Source: a virus
Taxonomy: Duplodnaviria > Caudoviricetes
Virus record (IMG/VR): IMGVR_UViG_3300036825_000147
Coordinates: 1 to 34,667 of that record
DNA: 34,667 bases
Reading direction: 5' to 3' (one strand)
Made by a program: the position numbers and the translations under genes
In this document: in pieces, positions 8,241 through 18,278 of the stretch
How positions within the stretch are numbered: the stretch's first letter is position 1
Layout of the letters: each line of letters opens with the position of its first letter
The notes under the pieces: model-generated
Seen by the model: only the letters and a program-made list of their open reading frames with translations
Database searches by the model: none
What the model was told of the DNA's origin: nothing

Positions 8241-8260
8241 TACTGTGCATTCATACAGTA
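8241..8260. promoter_or_regulatory. LexA (SOS) box
   Basis: TACTGTGCATTCATACAGTA matches the gammaproteobacterial TACTGT-N8-ACAGTA consensus. Confidence 0.88.
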
Positions 8261-8313
8261 TCGCAGGAGAGTCCAATAAAATCCAATTTTAAAAAGGCTT
8301 GTAAGAAAGGGAC

Positions 8314-8505
8314 TTAACGTTTCTTCAAGATACGGTCACTTACGATGAAGGCTACTATCAGGAATATTACCGTACTGATAAGAGCGTAATCTTCCCAAAA
8401 GGTAACAGCAAACATACCAAATATAATAGTCAGTCCAATTGGTATATAGACTTGCAAAACAAGCCTAACTAATTCAGCCCAAAATATGGATAACATCTTT
8501 TTCAT
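8314..8505 (-). CDS. Small two-TM membrane protein
   Basis: ATGA overlap with the upstream gene; hydrophobic 63 aa. Confidence 0.7.
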   Translation of the reverse strand: MKKMLSIFWAELVRLVLQVYIPIGLTIIFGMFAVTFWEDYALISTVIFLIVAFIVSDRILKKR

Positions 8506-9194
8506 CGAATAATCCTAAGAATATCAGAAACAATATCATTATCACTTTTCTGGTACTGATTGAAAACATTTACTTTATTAATTACGGGTTCAATAAGGAA
8601 ATATAGCATTTCAAGATCTCGCCCGTAGAGATCTTTATAGTAGCGTGGGTTAGTGTGTCGAAGTCGTTCAACCGCCTGAGATGCTTCTTGTACGTAGCCA
8701 TAAACCCCCGCAACAGCAACACCACGAGTACTCCACTTTGTTAGAGCAGAACTAATGGATACTTGCATTGAAAGCGAAGAGGCCGCAAGTGAAGCAATAG
8801 CGTATGAAATCGTAAATTTGGTGAGTGTGGCCGTGGTAAAACCAGCACCTGTTTTTGACAAGGTTAGAGTGATGTTCCTGATACGCTGATCAGAGAGATT
8901 TTCAAACATGTAGTTGATGTATATCTCTAACATCTCTCTTATCGTATCGTTGTGTTTAACCAGTACTACAAGTGCTTTTAAGAACCTCTTATCCTCTTGT
9001 TTCAGTCGCGTACATACATCCTGATAATTGTCAAAAAAGCACGAAGAGTACCAAGATAAACGCTCAACCCCTGAGTATATCAATTTGGCTTGTTGTACGG
9101 CCTGCTGTTGAACACCAACAAGACTCCTATCAAGCACGCCAGCCATGTAGCGATCAGCATCAAGTTTGTTCAGTATAAGCGAGTTGTAGCTCAT
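8502..9194 (-). CDS. Hypothetical protein with a central hydrophobic Ala/Ser/Thr-rich region
   Basis: 230-aa ORF, AAGGA RBS. Confidence 0.75.
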   Translation of the reverse strand: MSYNSLILNKLDADRYMAGVLDRSLVGVQQQAVQQAKLIYSGVERLSWYSSCFFDNYQDVCTRLKQEDKRFLKALVVLVKHNDTIREMLEIYINYMFENLSDQRIRNITLTLSKTGAGFTTATLTKFTISYAIASLAASSLSMQVSISSALTKWSTRGVAVAGVYGYVQEASQAVERLRHTNPRYYKDLYGRDLEMLYFLIEPVINKVNVFNQYQKSDNDIVSDILRIIR

Positions 9195-9433
9195 GAATCC
9201 TTCCCGTGTTTCTTCCTATCCATTATCTCACATAACAGTAATAAACCTCTGAATGATAAACAAGATGTATCTACCCCCTGGAATAGCCGTACCAGCAGGT
9301 GATCACAGAAGAAATCACCAATAATCATATAAAAATGATCATAATCAATAAGTTAAGTATAAAAAAAAGATGGAGAAAACCTTCCAGTGATAGGTTTCAT
9401 CGATCAATACTAACGTTATGATCGATAAAATGG

Positions 9434-10117
9434 ATGATCCGAATGATCACAACAAACTTTATAGCAGAACCAATCATGACTACATCAGGCCAGCTCGTAG
9501 GGTGTGAACTGTTAACCCGCTTCCATCGTGAAGATCTACCAGTACTGAACAGTAAGTACTTCATTATGGCTATGACGGTCGAAGGGAAGAAGGAACTACT
9601 GAAACAACAATTAGAGACTGTAGAAGTTCATGCGTCATGGTTCAGAGAGCACGGGCTTTTCTGTACCGTTAACGTTGATACCGTACAGGCACGACTATGT
9701 GTCTTTGAAAGGGATATTATTCAGCTATTGGATAAGCTGGATTTCATCAGGCTTGAGATCTCAGAGAACTTTGAAGGGCTTGAACTCGGTATCAATCATC
9801 CAGTACTTAAAACACTGTTAAACGTTGGCTATCGCCTGTTCCTTGATGATCTTGGCTCAGGCCGTGCGAATACCGCAGCACTCCTGACTGGTTGCTATGA
9901 AGCGGTCAAAATAGATAGAGCGTTCTACCGTCAGGAAGTACAGAAACCTACATTCAACGTACTGATAAAGAACATCATGAAGTACTGCCCGTATGTGATC
10001 GTTGAGGGAGTAGAGCAGCGGCAAGAACTACCAGTACTACGTGATGCTGGAGTATCAGCAGTACAAGGTTATCTGTACAGGTCAGTTCCTTTCCATAAAG
10101 TAAATAGTTTGCTATAG
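9434..10117 (+). CDS. Standalone EAL-domain c-di-GMP phosphodiesterase (PdeH/YhjH-like)
   Basis: ELLTR, VNV, LEISE, LDDLGSG, VKID, VEGVE and QGY motifs present. Confidence 0.88.
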   Translation: MIRMITTNFIAEPIMTTSGQLVGCELLTRFHREDLPVLNSKYFIMAMTVEGKKELLKQQLETVEVHASWFREHGLFCTVNVDTVQARLCVFERDIIQLLDKLDFIRLEISENFEGLELGINHPVLKTLLNVGYRLFLDDLGSGRANTAALLTGCYEAVKIDRAFYRQEVQKPTFNVLIKNIMKYCPYVIVEGVEQRQELPVLRDAGVSAVQGYLYRSVPFHKVNSLL

Positions 10118-10128
10118 ACCTCATTAAA

Positions 10129-10164
10129 TGAAGCCCTACCAATTTTATGCTTGGTAGGGCTTCA
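10129..10164. terminator. Hairpin between convergent genes, probable bidirectional terminator
   Basis: TGAAGCCCTACCAA...TTGGTAGGGCTTCA. Confidence 0.75.
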
Positions 10165-10172
10165 ATTAACAA

Positions 10173-10688
10173 TTAATTGAAGTCATAAGATAATATTTCG
10201 CCAGTTTCGCCATTAAATTTGCAGGAATACTGGACATTCTTATATGCACCAAATCCATTCTGTGCTTGAGCTTGGTCACCATACATTTCAATCACTTTTG
10301 AATCTTTACTAACCCATGCGTAAGTTACAAAAGCAGGGTTGGTAATCGAATCCTTCCATTTAAAGTCATACTTAGCTAATTTCTCGATAGCTCGCTGGCA
10401 TTCATAAACAGGATTGTGGTGATTTTTTGCATAGCCAATCGGATTCTTATCTTCTTCTGCTTTACGTGCTTCCTGTTGAGCATCTTCTTTTGCTTGACCT
10501 TCCTGCCCCCAAATACCAAAAATTGCGACTGAGGAAACAAAGAAAACAGGTATTGCAAGTAATAAGCCTACGAAAATGATACTACCTTTCTCCCAATCCT
10601 TTTTTGTACCCTTATGCTTAACCCATTGATAGGCAGCAATAGCTATTGCTGCGGCTATAAACAGACTTGCTTGTAGATTCATATTCAT
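10173..10688 (-). CDS. Membrane-anchored protein with an extracytoplasmic domain
   Basis: Two TM segments, a coiled linker and a Cys-flanked AQNGFGA domain. Confidence 0.75.
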   Translation of the reverse strand: MNMNLQASLFIAAAIAIAAYQWVKHKGTKKDWEKGSIIFVGLLLAIPVFFVSSVAIFGIWGQEGQAKEDAQQEARKAEEDKNPIGYAKNHHNPVYECQRAIEKLAKYDFKWKDSITNPAFVTYAWVSKDSKVIEMYGDQAQAQNGFGAYKNVQYSCKFNGETGEILSYDFN

Positions 10689-10742
10689 TCCTTGCCATAA
10701 AAAGAGCTATGAAATTGTCATTATGTAATTAGCGGCTATCAT

Positions 10743-11153
10743 TTACTTGGTGTTCTTCTCAAGCATTTCAATGATTAGCTTTTTAGTTTCGATAGAGCAC
10801 AAAGCCACGTAGCTTTCTTCATCATTAGAATTAATCTTTTCGATGCGTGTACTTAATTCTTTAATGAATGAGTCGCTTCTAATTAAATCAACAACTGAGT
10901 TAGCAAACTCTTCTTTTTTCTTTTGAGAGTAAAGAGAAGGCATGAGATTACTCACAGCAACTGATGTAGTCTGCCATTTTTGTGGACTAACTGCTTCTTC
11001 AGTAGCTTTCCTTAAATCTTCTTCTTTTTTCTTTTTGAAGAAACGTTTAAAGCCAAGTGTAAGAGTTAGAATAACAGCATTTATAATTTGCTCTTGAACA
11101 GACTTTGGTAACTTAGTGAACAACTCAAAGAACTTTAAGATCGCAGCCAGCAT
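10743..11153 (-). CDS. Hypothetical protein
   Basis: GAGGT RBS, 136-aa ORF. Confidence 0.7.
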   Translation of the reverse strand: MLAAILKFFELFTKLPKSVQEQIINAVILTLTLGFKRFFKKKKEEDLRKATEEAVSPQKWQTTSVAVSNLMPSLYSQKKKEEFANSVVDLIRSDSFIKELSTRIEKINSNDEESYVALCSIETKKLIIEMLEKNTK

Positions 11154-11240
11154 AAAACTAACCTCGTATGTGTGTAGATCGAAAAGATTATCATAAAGTA
11201 CTTAAATGTTTCAATCACCAAAAATAGTAAATAAACAAAT

Positions 11241-11287
11241 AGGTTCTTCCTGAATTTTTTAAAGCATCGAGTAGTTTCGCCGCACCC
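11241..11287 (+). other. Candidate cos/packaging initiation region
   Basis: AGGTTCTTCC...TTTCGCCGCACCC immediately upstream of a Nu1/GpA-type terminase pair, loosely resembling the lambda cos arrangement. Confidence 0.4.
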
Positions 11288-11295
11288 TATAAATA
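11288..11295 (+). promoter_or_regulatory. TATAAATA, T4 gp55-type late promoter consensus, at the head of the structural operon
   Basis: Exact consensus 46 nt upstream of the small terminase ATG. Confidence 0.6.
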
Positions 11296-11341
11296 AGATA
11301 TAGGAGGTTTTAAACCTAATTCATTCACAATATGAGGAAAT

Positions 11342-11881
11342 ATGACGTACTTACAATTAGCAAAAATCTACGGATACGATCCTGCAACAGTTAGCCGTGA
11401 TTGGAAAGCAAAAGGTTTAGATATAGATGGAACAGACGATGAGATCTATCAATGGGTACAAGATAATGTACTAACACCATTGAGAGGGCAAACAGATTTA
11501 AAAGAAGAAACTCAGCGTGAACAATTACGATTAGCAAAAGCTAAAGCAGACATTGAAGAAATGGAAGCTGATCTAAAAAGAAAAAACTTAGTAGAAGTGG
11601 ATTATGTAACTGACTCACTTTCAAGTTACTTACTTCAACTAAAGAACATGTTGCGTAGTATTCCAAACACAACTTATGTAGAACTCTTTGCAAGTGAAGA
11701 TGCAAACCAATTGAGGGAAACGCTAAAAGATAAAATTGATGAAGTACTCAGAGATATTGGAAATTATGAGTACGAGGAAGATGAATATGAAAATGGATTT
11801 TCAGAATCAGAAGAAATTAATAACGATATTGAATCAGGCGGTGAAAAACATCCTACCACCAGAGAAGATCAAACCGAGTGA
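11342..11881 (+). CDS. terS: Terminase small subunit (Nu1-like)
   Basis: N-terminal HTH (LAKIYGYDPATVSRDWK..G), coiled coil RLAKAKADIEEME, position before terL. Confidence 0.85.
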   Translation: MTYLQLAKIYGYDPATVSRDWKAKGLDIDGTDDEIYQWVQDNVLTPLRGQTDLKEETQREQLRLAKAKADIEEMEADLKRKNLVEVDYVTDSLSSYLLQLKNMLRSIPNTTYVELFASEDANQLRETLKDKIDEVLRDIGNYEYEEDEYENGFSESEEINNDIESGGEKHPTTREDQTE

Positions 11882-13709
11882 ATGGGTAGAGAAGAATCTT
11901 AAATTCTGCGATGGTGAGTTACAAGGCTCACCAATGCGTTTATACGAATTTCAGAAACAACCGTTAGATTCGATTATAGAACCAGGGGTACGCAAGGTAG
12001 TACTAATGAGTTCGGCACAGTTACTAAAAACAACAATAGTTACTGGTGCATCCCTGTACTTTCTTCAACATGATCCATCAAACATGGTTATTGCTGGTAC
12101 AACAGCAAACACAGTGAAGAAGTATAAGAATGGTAAGTACGATCCAACTATCCAGCTAACACCATCACTCGCAAAGCTAATCACGAGCAAATCAGACAAG
12201 ACTAAAACTAACGATGCAACCACACAGGAAACTACCATTGGTACTTTCAACTATTTTGTTTCTCTATCATCACCTTCAACACTTAGAGGCTTGACGGCGA
12301 AGAGGGTATTTTGCGACGAAATCAGCTCGTGCGATACAGACGGTGATGAAGGGAACCCCATAGCCCTTGTATCACAGCGTTGTGAGTCTTTCCGTGACTC
12401 GTTAATCATGATGTGCTCTACGCCGTTAGTACCGGATGATCCCATATGTCAGGAATTTGCTATGAGCGATCAGAGGTACTATCACGTACCTTGCCCTGAA
12501 TGTGGTGATGAACAACGTCTGATATGGAAAAACGTCAAATTCAAATGGAAGGTAATAGACGGTGGCCGCCGTTCTATCCCTGATGCTGATACCGCCTATC
12601 TTGAATGCCCTCAGTGTAAGCACCAGTACTCAGAAGCCGAACGTGTAAGAGCAGTTTCACAAGGACGTTGGATCGCTACACATCCAGAGATTAAGGATGT
12701 GAGGGGTTATCACATATCACGTTTGTACTCTCCGGTTTCGTCGATCCGCAAGCTGGTACAGGATTTTGCAGAAGCGTTTAAGAACTTTGACCATATGCGT
12801 TTTGTGAACAACGCATTAGGCGAACCATACATTGATAAAGAAAACGTAGAACACGATTTAACTCTACTGGAACAGCTACGCGATTTTGATATTGATATAC
12901 ATAACATACCTAATGATTGTGTAGGTTTAGCATATGCGGTTGACCAACAATTAGACCGCCTGGAATGTACCTTAGTTGGCATTTCGGAAAAGAATTATTA
13001 TGTGCTTGATCATCGTAGCTTCTATGCAGTCGATTGTAATAAATATGATTCGCCAGCATATGCAGAATTACAAAGTTTTATAAATAATACAAAGCTAAAA
13101 ACGAAAAATGGAACACCTCTACGAGTACTTCAGGTATGGGTAGATAGTTCTAATGGTGCTGCAACCAATACCATCTACCGATACTGTAATAAAACAGGTA
13201 ACGAGATATACAAACCTATCAAGGGTGATGGGCGTACAACCATTCCTCTATACAAAGAAAGTACATCGGGTGGTTATAAGTTCATGCTATTGAACGTTAA
13301 TGAAGGTAAGAACCGTATTCGTAAGTTACTAAACGCAGCAATGAACGAAGAAGAACATGAAGGTAAGAGAATCCATTTTAGCCATTCATTACCGGATGAT
13401 GCATTCCTTCAGTACACCAGTGAAAAGCGAGTAATGAAAGGTGGTCAACTTGTTTGGGTGAAACGTACTGGTTCAAAAGATGATCGTAACGAAATGCTTG
13501 ATACGCTCAACTATTGCCTAATTAGCTTTGAATATATGTTAAATAAATTGGGTGTTGATGCCTATAAAAAACTAAGGAACTACAACGCCAATATAGCTAA
13601 AACTAAATACAATGAAGAAATACAAACTAATGATACACCTATAGAACATGTTCCAGTACGTAAACAACGTAAAAGGCGTATGGGGGGAAGAAATTGGTTT
13701 AATGAATAA
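11787..13709 (+). CDS. terL: Terminase large subunit, lambda GpA family
   Basis: PSEWVE, YEFQ, SAQLLKT Walker A variant, VFCDE Walker B, STP, YHVPCPECG, NEMLD; start chosen from the GAGGA RBS. Confidence 0.93.
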   Translation: MKMDFQNQKKLITILNQAVKNILPPEKIKPSEWVEKNLKFCDGELQGSPMRLYEFQKQPLDSIIEPGVRKVVLMSSAQLLKTTIVTGASLYFLQHDPSNMVIAGTTANTVKKYKNGKYDPTIQLTPSLAKLITSKSDKTKTNDATTQETTIGTFNYFVSLSSPSTLRGLTAKRVFCDEISSCDTDGDEGNPIALVSQRCESFRDSLIMMCSTPLVPDDPICQEFAMSDQRYYHVPCPECGDEQRLIWKNVKFKWKVIDGGRRSIPDADTAYLECPQCKHQYSEAERVRAVSQGRWIATHPEIKDVRGYHISRLYSPVSSIRKLVQDFAEAFKNFDHMRFVNNALGEPYIDKENVEHDLTLLEQLRDFDIDIHNIPNDCVGLAYAVDQQLDRLECTLVGISEKNYYVLDHRSFYAVDCNKYDSPAYAELQSFINNTKLKTKNGTPLRVLQVWVDSSNGAATNTIYRYCNKTGNEIYKPIKGDGRTTIPLYKESTSGGYKFMLLNVNEGKNRIRKLLNAAMNEEEHEGKRIHFSHSLPDDAFLQYTSEKRVMKGGQLVWVKRTGSKDDRNEMLDTLNYCLISFEYMLNKLGVDAYKKLRNYNANIAKTKYNEEIQTNDTPIEHVPVRKQRKRRMGGRNWFNE

Positions 13710-13718
13710 GGAATAAAC

Positions 13719-14204
13719 ATGGCAACACGCAGCGTTGATTTCACCTCAGATATTATCAAAGGTGAAAGCATTGTGTTTAGTTTTGCCGCAGATTCTAAAG
13801 TAGATATAGTAGATGTGGATGGGATCAAAATTTCATATACCTATCCATATTCTGTAATTGATACTTCAACCTGGAAATCAGGTGCATATACGGCAATTAT
13901 CAATGATAAAACATTTGCTGTACGTACCTTTCAGATAGTAGATCCAACTGCGACAGCAAATAAATACAATCAATACCTATCTATCATTGATGAAATAAAT
14001 ATTGTTATAGAGTCTAAAGTACAGGGCGGTGGTGTAATCACTCAGAGCATCAACAATAAAAGCCTAACTACAGAATCTATGGACGCATTACTAAAACTCC
14101 GCACTCACTATACAAAACTTGCTAACCAAGAATTAGCACGTATGAGGGGGCTTTCTTCTGGTAATCCGATTAAATCAATAACAACTTTTAACAGGGGTAA
14201 CTAA
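13719..14204 (+). CDS. Head-tail joining / head completion protein (gpW-like C-terminus)
   Basis: Lies between terL and portal; QSINNKSLT...LLKLRTHY. Confidence 0.6.
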   Translation: MATRSVDFTSDIIKGESIVFSFAADSKVDIVDVDGIKISYTYPYSVIDTSTWKSGAYTAIINDKTFAVRTFQIVDPTATANKYNQYLSIIDEINIVIESKVQGGGVITQSINNKSLTTESMDALLKLRTHYTKLANQELARMRGLSSGNPIKSITTFNRGN

Positions 14205-15715
14205 TGTTCTGGAAAAAGAATAAAATTGATGAGCCTGAACAAGTACCTAAACTACAGTTTGAACGTAAACAACTTACAGATAATGCATTAAAACGTGAAC
14301 TAAAAGAGATTCGTACTAACTCACAATCACCAATCATCAGTTTTGGGTTTTCAGCAGGTAATTCAGCAGGAAATATTAATAGTATCATCAATATGACATT
14401 ACCTACCTTAGTCGCTAAGTCACGTGAACTAAGTTTAAATAATGGAATTGCTAAAAAGTACTTTCAGGTTAACAGTGATGGCGTAACGGGTGCATCAGGT
14501 CTCTATATCCGTCCTGATGTTAATCTTCATGATGATAATGAAGAAAACTTAGTTATTAACGAAGAACTTGAGCAGCTATTCTACAAATACGCAGATAATC
14601 CAGAAGCATTTAGTATGAATGGTAAGATGGATTTAGCGGCTTTTCAGCGTTTAGTGGAACGTACTCGTAGTATTGATGGTGAAGCGTTCATTATTTGTCA
14701 TGAAGTGAACGGTACTGTGAAGTTTGAACTTATCGACACTATGCGAATACCGACTACTGGAAACCGAATTTTTGATGATGGTTCATATGTTTCTAATGGT
14801 ATTCATTTTGATCGATATGGGAAAGTAATTGAGTACTATGTAACTCGTTTGAATCCTTCTACATATACGTATCAAACAGGTGATTATGAAGTAATTCCTG
14901 CATCAAACATGCTTCATCTAATGATCCAGGACTACCCTAATCAAGAGCGTGGCATACCGGATATCATTGCAGGTACTACTTTATTAAAAGATCTTGAAGC
15001 CTTTATTAAGGCAGCAATCATATCTAAGAAACTATCAGCCTCTGCAATGGCTTTCATTACTAACTCAGCAGGTAGTGATGAAGATATTGATTTTATGAAA
15101 GGGTACGAACCTGATTACTACGAAAATGACAGCTTACAAAGCGGTGCTTTAGTAGAACTTCAACCAGGACAAAACGTAACGAGTGTTAACCCAAACGGGG
15201 CAACTGATGGAATCACAGAGTTTGTAGATACTCAGATGCAACAAATTGCTATGTCTCTTGGTATCACAGAGCAATCACTAAGCGGTTCTACCGCAAATGC
15301 TTCATTCTCAGCAGCAAAACTAACAGACCGCCTACAACGTCAGACTTTCAAGACACGTACTAATGCATTAACCACGTTTGTATTAAAACCAATATACGCA
15401 CGCTGGCTTAAAGCAGAAATGTTACGTAATCAGAGTTTAAATCTGAAATTTAGTGATTTCGATAAATTAGTAAATGCTAAATATATTAGTGAATTTGTGG
15501 AATCCCTTGATCCTCTCAAAGACGTACAAACCCAAGTACTAATGATTGATAACAAGATCAAGAGTCGTTCTATGGTTGTTTCTGAATTTGGTTATGACCC
15601 ATATCAAGTACAGAAGGAAATTGAATTAGAGGAAGCTAAAACAATTAATAATAAACAGGAAGTTATTCAGGATGAAGAAACAACTAACGAGGGAACTAAA
15701 CCTACAGAAAATTAA
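14204..15715 (+). CDS. Portal protein, lambda family
   Basis: SRELSLNN, DGEAF, NGI.FD.YG, QERGIP, ASFSAA, LDPLKD. Confidence 0.92.
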   Translation: MFWKKNKIDEPEQVPKLQFERKQLTDNALKRELKEIRTNSQSPIISFGFSAGNSAGNINSIINMTLPTLVAKSRELSLNNGIAKKYFQVNSDGVTGASGLYIRPDVNLHDDNEENLVINEELEQLFYKYADNPEAFSMNGKMDLAAFQRLVERTRSIDGEAFIICHEVNGTVKFELIDTMRIPTTGNRIFDDGSYVSNGIHFDRYGKVIEYYVTRLNPSTYTYQTGDYEVIPASNMLHLMIQDYPNQERGIPDIIAGTTLLKDLEAFIKAAIISKKLSASAMAFITNSAGSDEDIDFMKGYEPDYYENDSLQSGALVELQPGQNVTSVNPNGATDGITEFVDTQMQQIAMSLGITEQSLSGSTANASFSAAKLTDRLQRQTFKTRTNALTTFVLKPIYARWLKAEMLRNQSLNLKFSDFDKLVNAKYISEFVESLDPLKDVQTQVLMIDNKIKSRSMVVSEFGYDPYQVQKEIELEEAKTINNKQEVIQDEETTNEGTKPTEN

Positions 15716-17525
15716 TAACGCTATTGATGTAGAAAATCGAACCATTGAGATCGCTTTTGCAAGTGAAACACCTGTTAAACGTGATTTTGGTGAAGGTATT
15801 GGTGTACTGAACGAAATCCTTAAATGTACGCCTGATTCCGTTAACCTAACTCGTATGCTAAATGGTGCTCCATTACTAATTGAACATGACTTTACCCGTC
15901 ATGTTGGAATTGTATTAGATGCGAGAGTAGACAGCGATAATGTATGTCGTGCGACTGTAAAACTATCTTCAATTCAAGAAGCAGAAACTATTTTTACAAT
16001 GATTCAGGAAGGTATCCGTACCAAAATTTCCGTTGGATACAATATTGAATCTTATCATATCGAAGGTGAAAACCTAATTGTAGATCTTTGGTCGCCATAT
16101 GAAGTAAGTAGCGTATCTGTTCCCGCAGATGATTATGTTGGTGTTTCACGTTCACTAAATACAAATGAAATTCAACTTAGTGAAGGTGAACAAATGGATA
16201 TTGAAAACCAACAAGAAGAACTACGTACTGATGATGTAGTTGAACAAATCGAAGAAGAAGTAAAAGAAAGTACTGAATCTGATGAACATGTTGAAGTACA
16301 GGAAAGTTCAGAAGCAGTAGAAGAAACTAAAACAGTAGAAGTACAGGACAGTACTGAAATTGTTGAAGTAGAAGCACAGGAACGTGCAGCACTAAATAAA
16401 GGTGAATCTGACGAAATTAGAATTCGTGAGTTAACCGCTATTGCAGAACTTTTCAAGGTAGATGGTTCTGAAGCAATTAAATCAGGTGTGACAGTTGAAC
16501 AGTTTAAACATGAAGTTCAAACCAGATCCCTAAATAAAGAAACAAATCTAATTAACAAGGATGTTAATAATATGAATAAAAATGTAATTGGTGAACTAAT
16601 CCGTAGTATCAACGATGATAACTTTGATTCTGTAAAAGCTGAACTCGAAAAAGGCCAACGCGGTTTCAAAATGGATTTTTCCCGTGCTCTTGCTACCGAT
16701 ACTCAGACAGCAGCAGGAACAGTAAAAACCGTATATGCGGATTCTTATCTAACCGCTCTATTGGCTCAGTCCATTCTTGGAAGCCTAAATCCAACTATCT
16801 ATTCTGGTCTTGCTTACCGTGGCGTTCTTAGTATTCCTCGCCTTACTGGTCTAACTCCAGCGGCACCAGGTAACTTCAAATTCTATGAAGAAGGTGATGC
16901 AGTTGAAGATACAATCGCGAATTTTGATTCTATCAAGCTATCACCAAAGATGTTTGCTGGTGCAGTACCTGTAACTAAGCAGCTCATGCTAAGTTCTGAT
17001 ACCGCAGCAACCTTTGTTCAGGATGCTCTAATCCGCTATGCGGCTAATGGCCTCGAATCCAAGATTTTTGATTCACTACAGTCAACGATTCCAGTAGTTA
17101 CGACCGCAGCGATCGGTAAAATGACTGAAGCTGATGTACAGAAAGCTATTGAAGCTCTTGGTACTGCTAACGTTGACGTTCGTTCTTGTGTAGCGGTAAT
17201 GCATCCAAGTACTTTAGCTAAGCTACGTCAAACCGCCGTATTAAATAACACCTCAGCCGTGACTATGGTTGAAGGTCATCGTTTCGATATGTGGCTAAAC
17301 GATGAAGTTCGTGTTGTTGAAAGTACTTTTGTAGATGTCGATTCTGTGATCATCGGTGACTTCCGTAATCTAATTATTGCGAATTGGTCAGAAGGTCAGG
17401 AAATTGACGTAGATACAACTACTCACCGTGCAGCACAAATTACTGTTTTCCGAAGCTTCCAGTACTTAGCAACAGCTATTGCTCATGAAGAAGGTTTTGT
17501 AAACCTAAAAATCAAATCCGCTTAA
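15672..17525 (+). CDS. Prohead protease - scaffold - major capsid fusion protein
   Basis: FASETPV, PLLIEHD, ISVGY, EVSSVSVPAD protease motifs; acidic linker; HK97-like capsid C-terminus (MHPST, IGDF). Confidence 0.9.
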   Translation: MKKQLTRELNLQKINNAIDVENRTIEIAFASETPVKRDFGEGIGVLNEILKCTPDSVNLTRMLNGAPLLIEHDFTRHVGIVLDARVDSDNVCRATVKLSSIQEAETIFTMIQEGIRTKISVGYNIESYHIEGENLIVDLWSPYEVSSVSVPADDYVGVSRSLNTNEIQLSEGEQMDIENQQEELRTDDVVEQIEEEVKESTESDEHVEVQESSEAVEETKTVEVQDSTEIVEVEAQERAALNKGESDEIRIRELTAIAELFKVDGSEAIKSGVTVEQFKHEVQTRSLNKETNLINKDVNNMNKNVIGELIRSINDDNFDSVKAELEKGQRGFKMDFSRALATDTQTAAGTVKTVYADSYLTALLAQSILGSLNPTIYSGLAYRGVLSIPRLTGLTPAAPGNFKFYEEGDAVEDTIANFDSIKLSPKMFAGAVPVTKQLMLSSDTAATFVQDALIRYAANGLESKIFDSLQSTIPVVTTAAIGKMTEADVQKAIEALGTANVDVRSCVAVMHPSTLAKLRQTAVLNNTSAVTMVEGHRFDMWLNDEVRVVESTFVDVDSVIIGDFRNLIIANWSEGQEIDVDTTTHRAAQITVFRSFQYLATAIAHEEGFVNLKIKSA

Positions 17526-17531
17526 TGGTGA

Positions 17532-17837
<306 letters not shown>

Positions 17838-17838
17838 T

Positions 17839-18276
17839 ATGTTCACGGCAGACTATAAAATCAGAAAGTACTTAATTAATAAACTCTCTCCAGTTACTAA
17901 TTTACACTTTCCATCAAAAGCATCAATAGATGATATTACTGTAGTTTATATTGGTGATTCTTCTGTACAACGTACTCAAGTATCTAAAGCAAACACAGTC
18001 ATTAATAATCAAATTGTGCCATCAACTATTAGAAATTTATGTGAATTTCGTGTTGAGTTTGTTTCTGTCGGACAATCATATAAAGAAGCATCCGATGAAA
18101 TTGAAAAAATACTTGAAGCAATTTATACGCCTGGTTTTTTTAATGACCTAAACCAGCAGCTTCCAATGCCATTATTCAATGTGCGTATTGAAGATAGCCT
18201 AATGACTTCTCAAGCCGAAGCAACGGAAACCGCTTATGTACACACGCAAACTCTATCTTTTAGCTATGGGGAATAA
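17839..18276 (+). CDS. Putative tail terminator protein
   Basis: Synteny before the tail tube genes and size. Confidence 0.5.
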   Translation: MFTADYKIRKYLINKLSPVTNLHFPSKASIDDITVVYIGDSSVQRTQVSKANTVINNQIVPSTIRNLCEFRVEFVSVGQSYKEASDEIEKILEAIYTPGFFNDLNQQLPMPLFNVRIEDSLMTSQAEATETAYVHTQTLSFSYGE

Positions 18277-18278
18277 TA

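Noticed and set aside
8223-8276. N-terminal extension of the 7908-8276 ORF
   Set aside because: It spans the LexA box and RBS; the real start is probably 8222
9399-9428. Possible FliA (sigma28) promoter for the EAL gene (ATCGATAA)
   Set aside because: No TAAA -35 at the right spacing; better explained as part of the inverted repeat ATCGATCA/TGATCGAT
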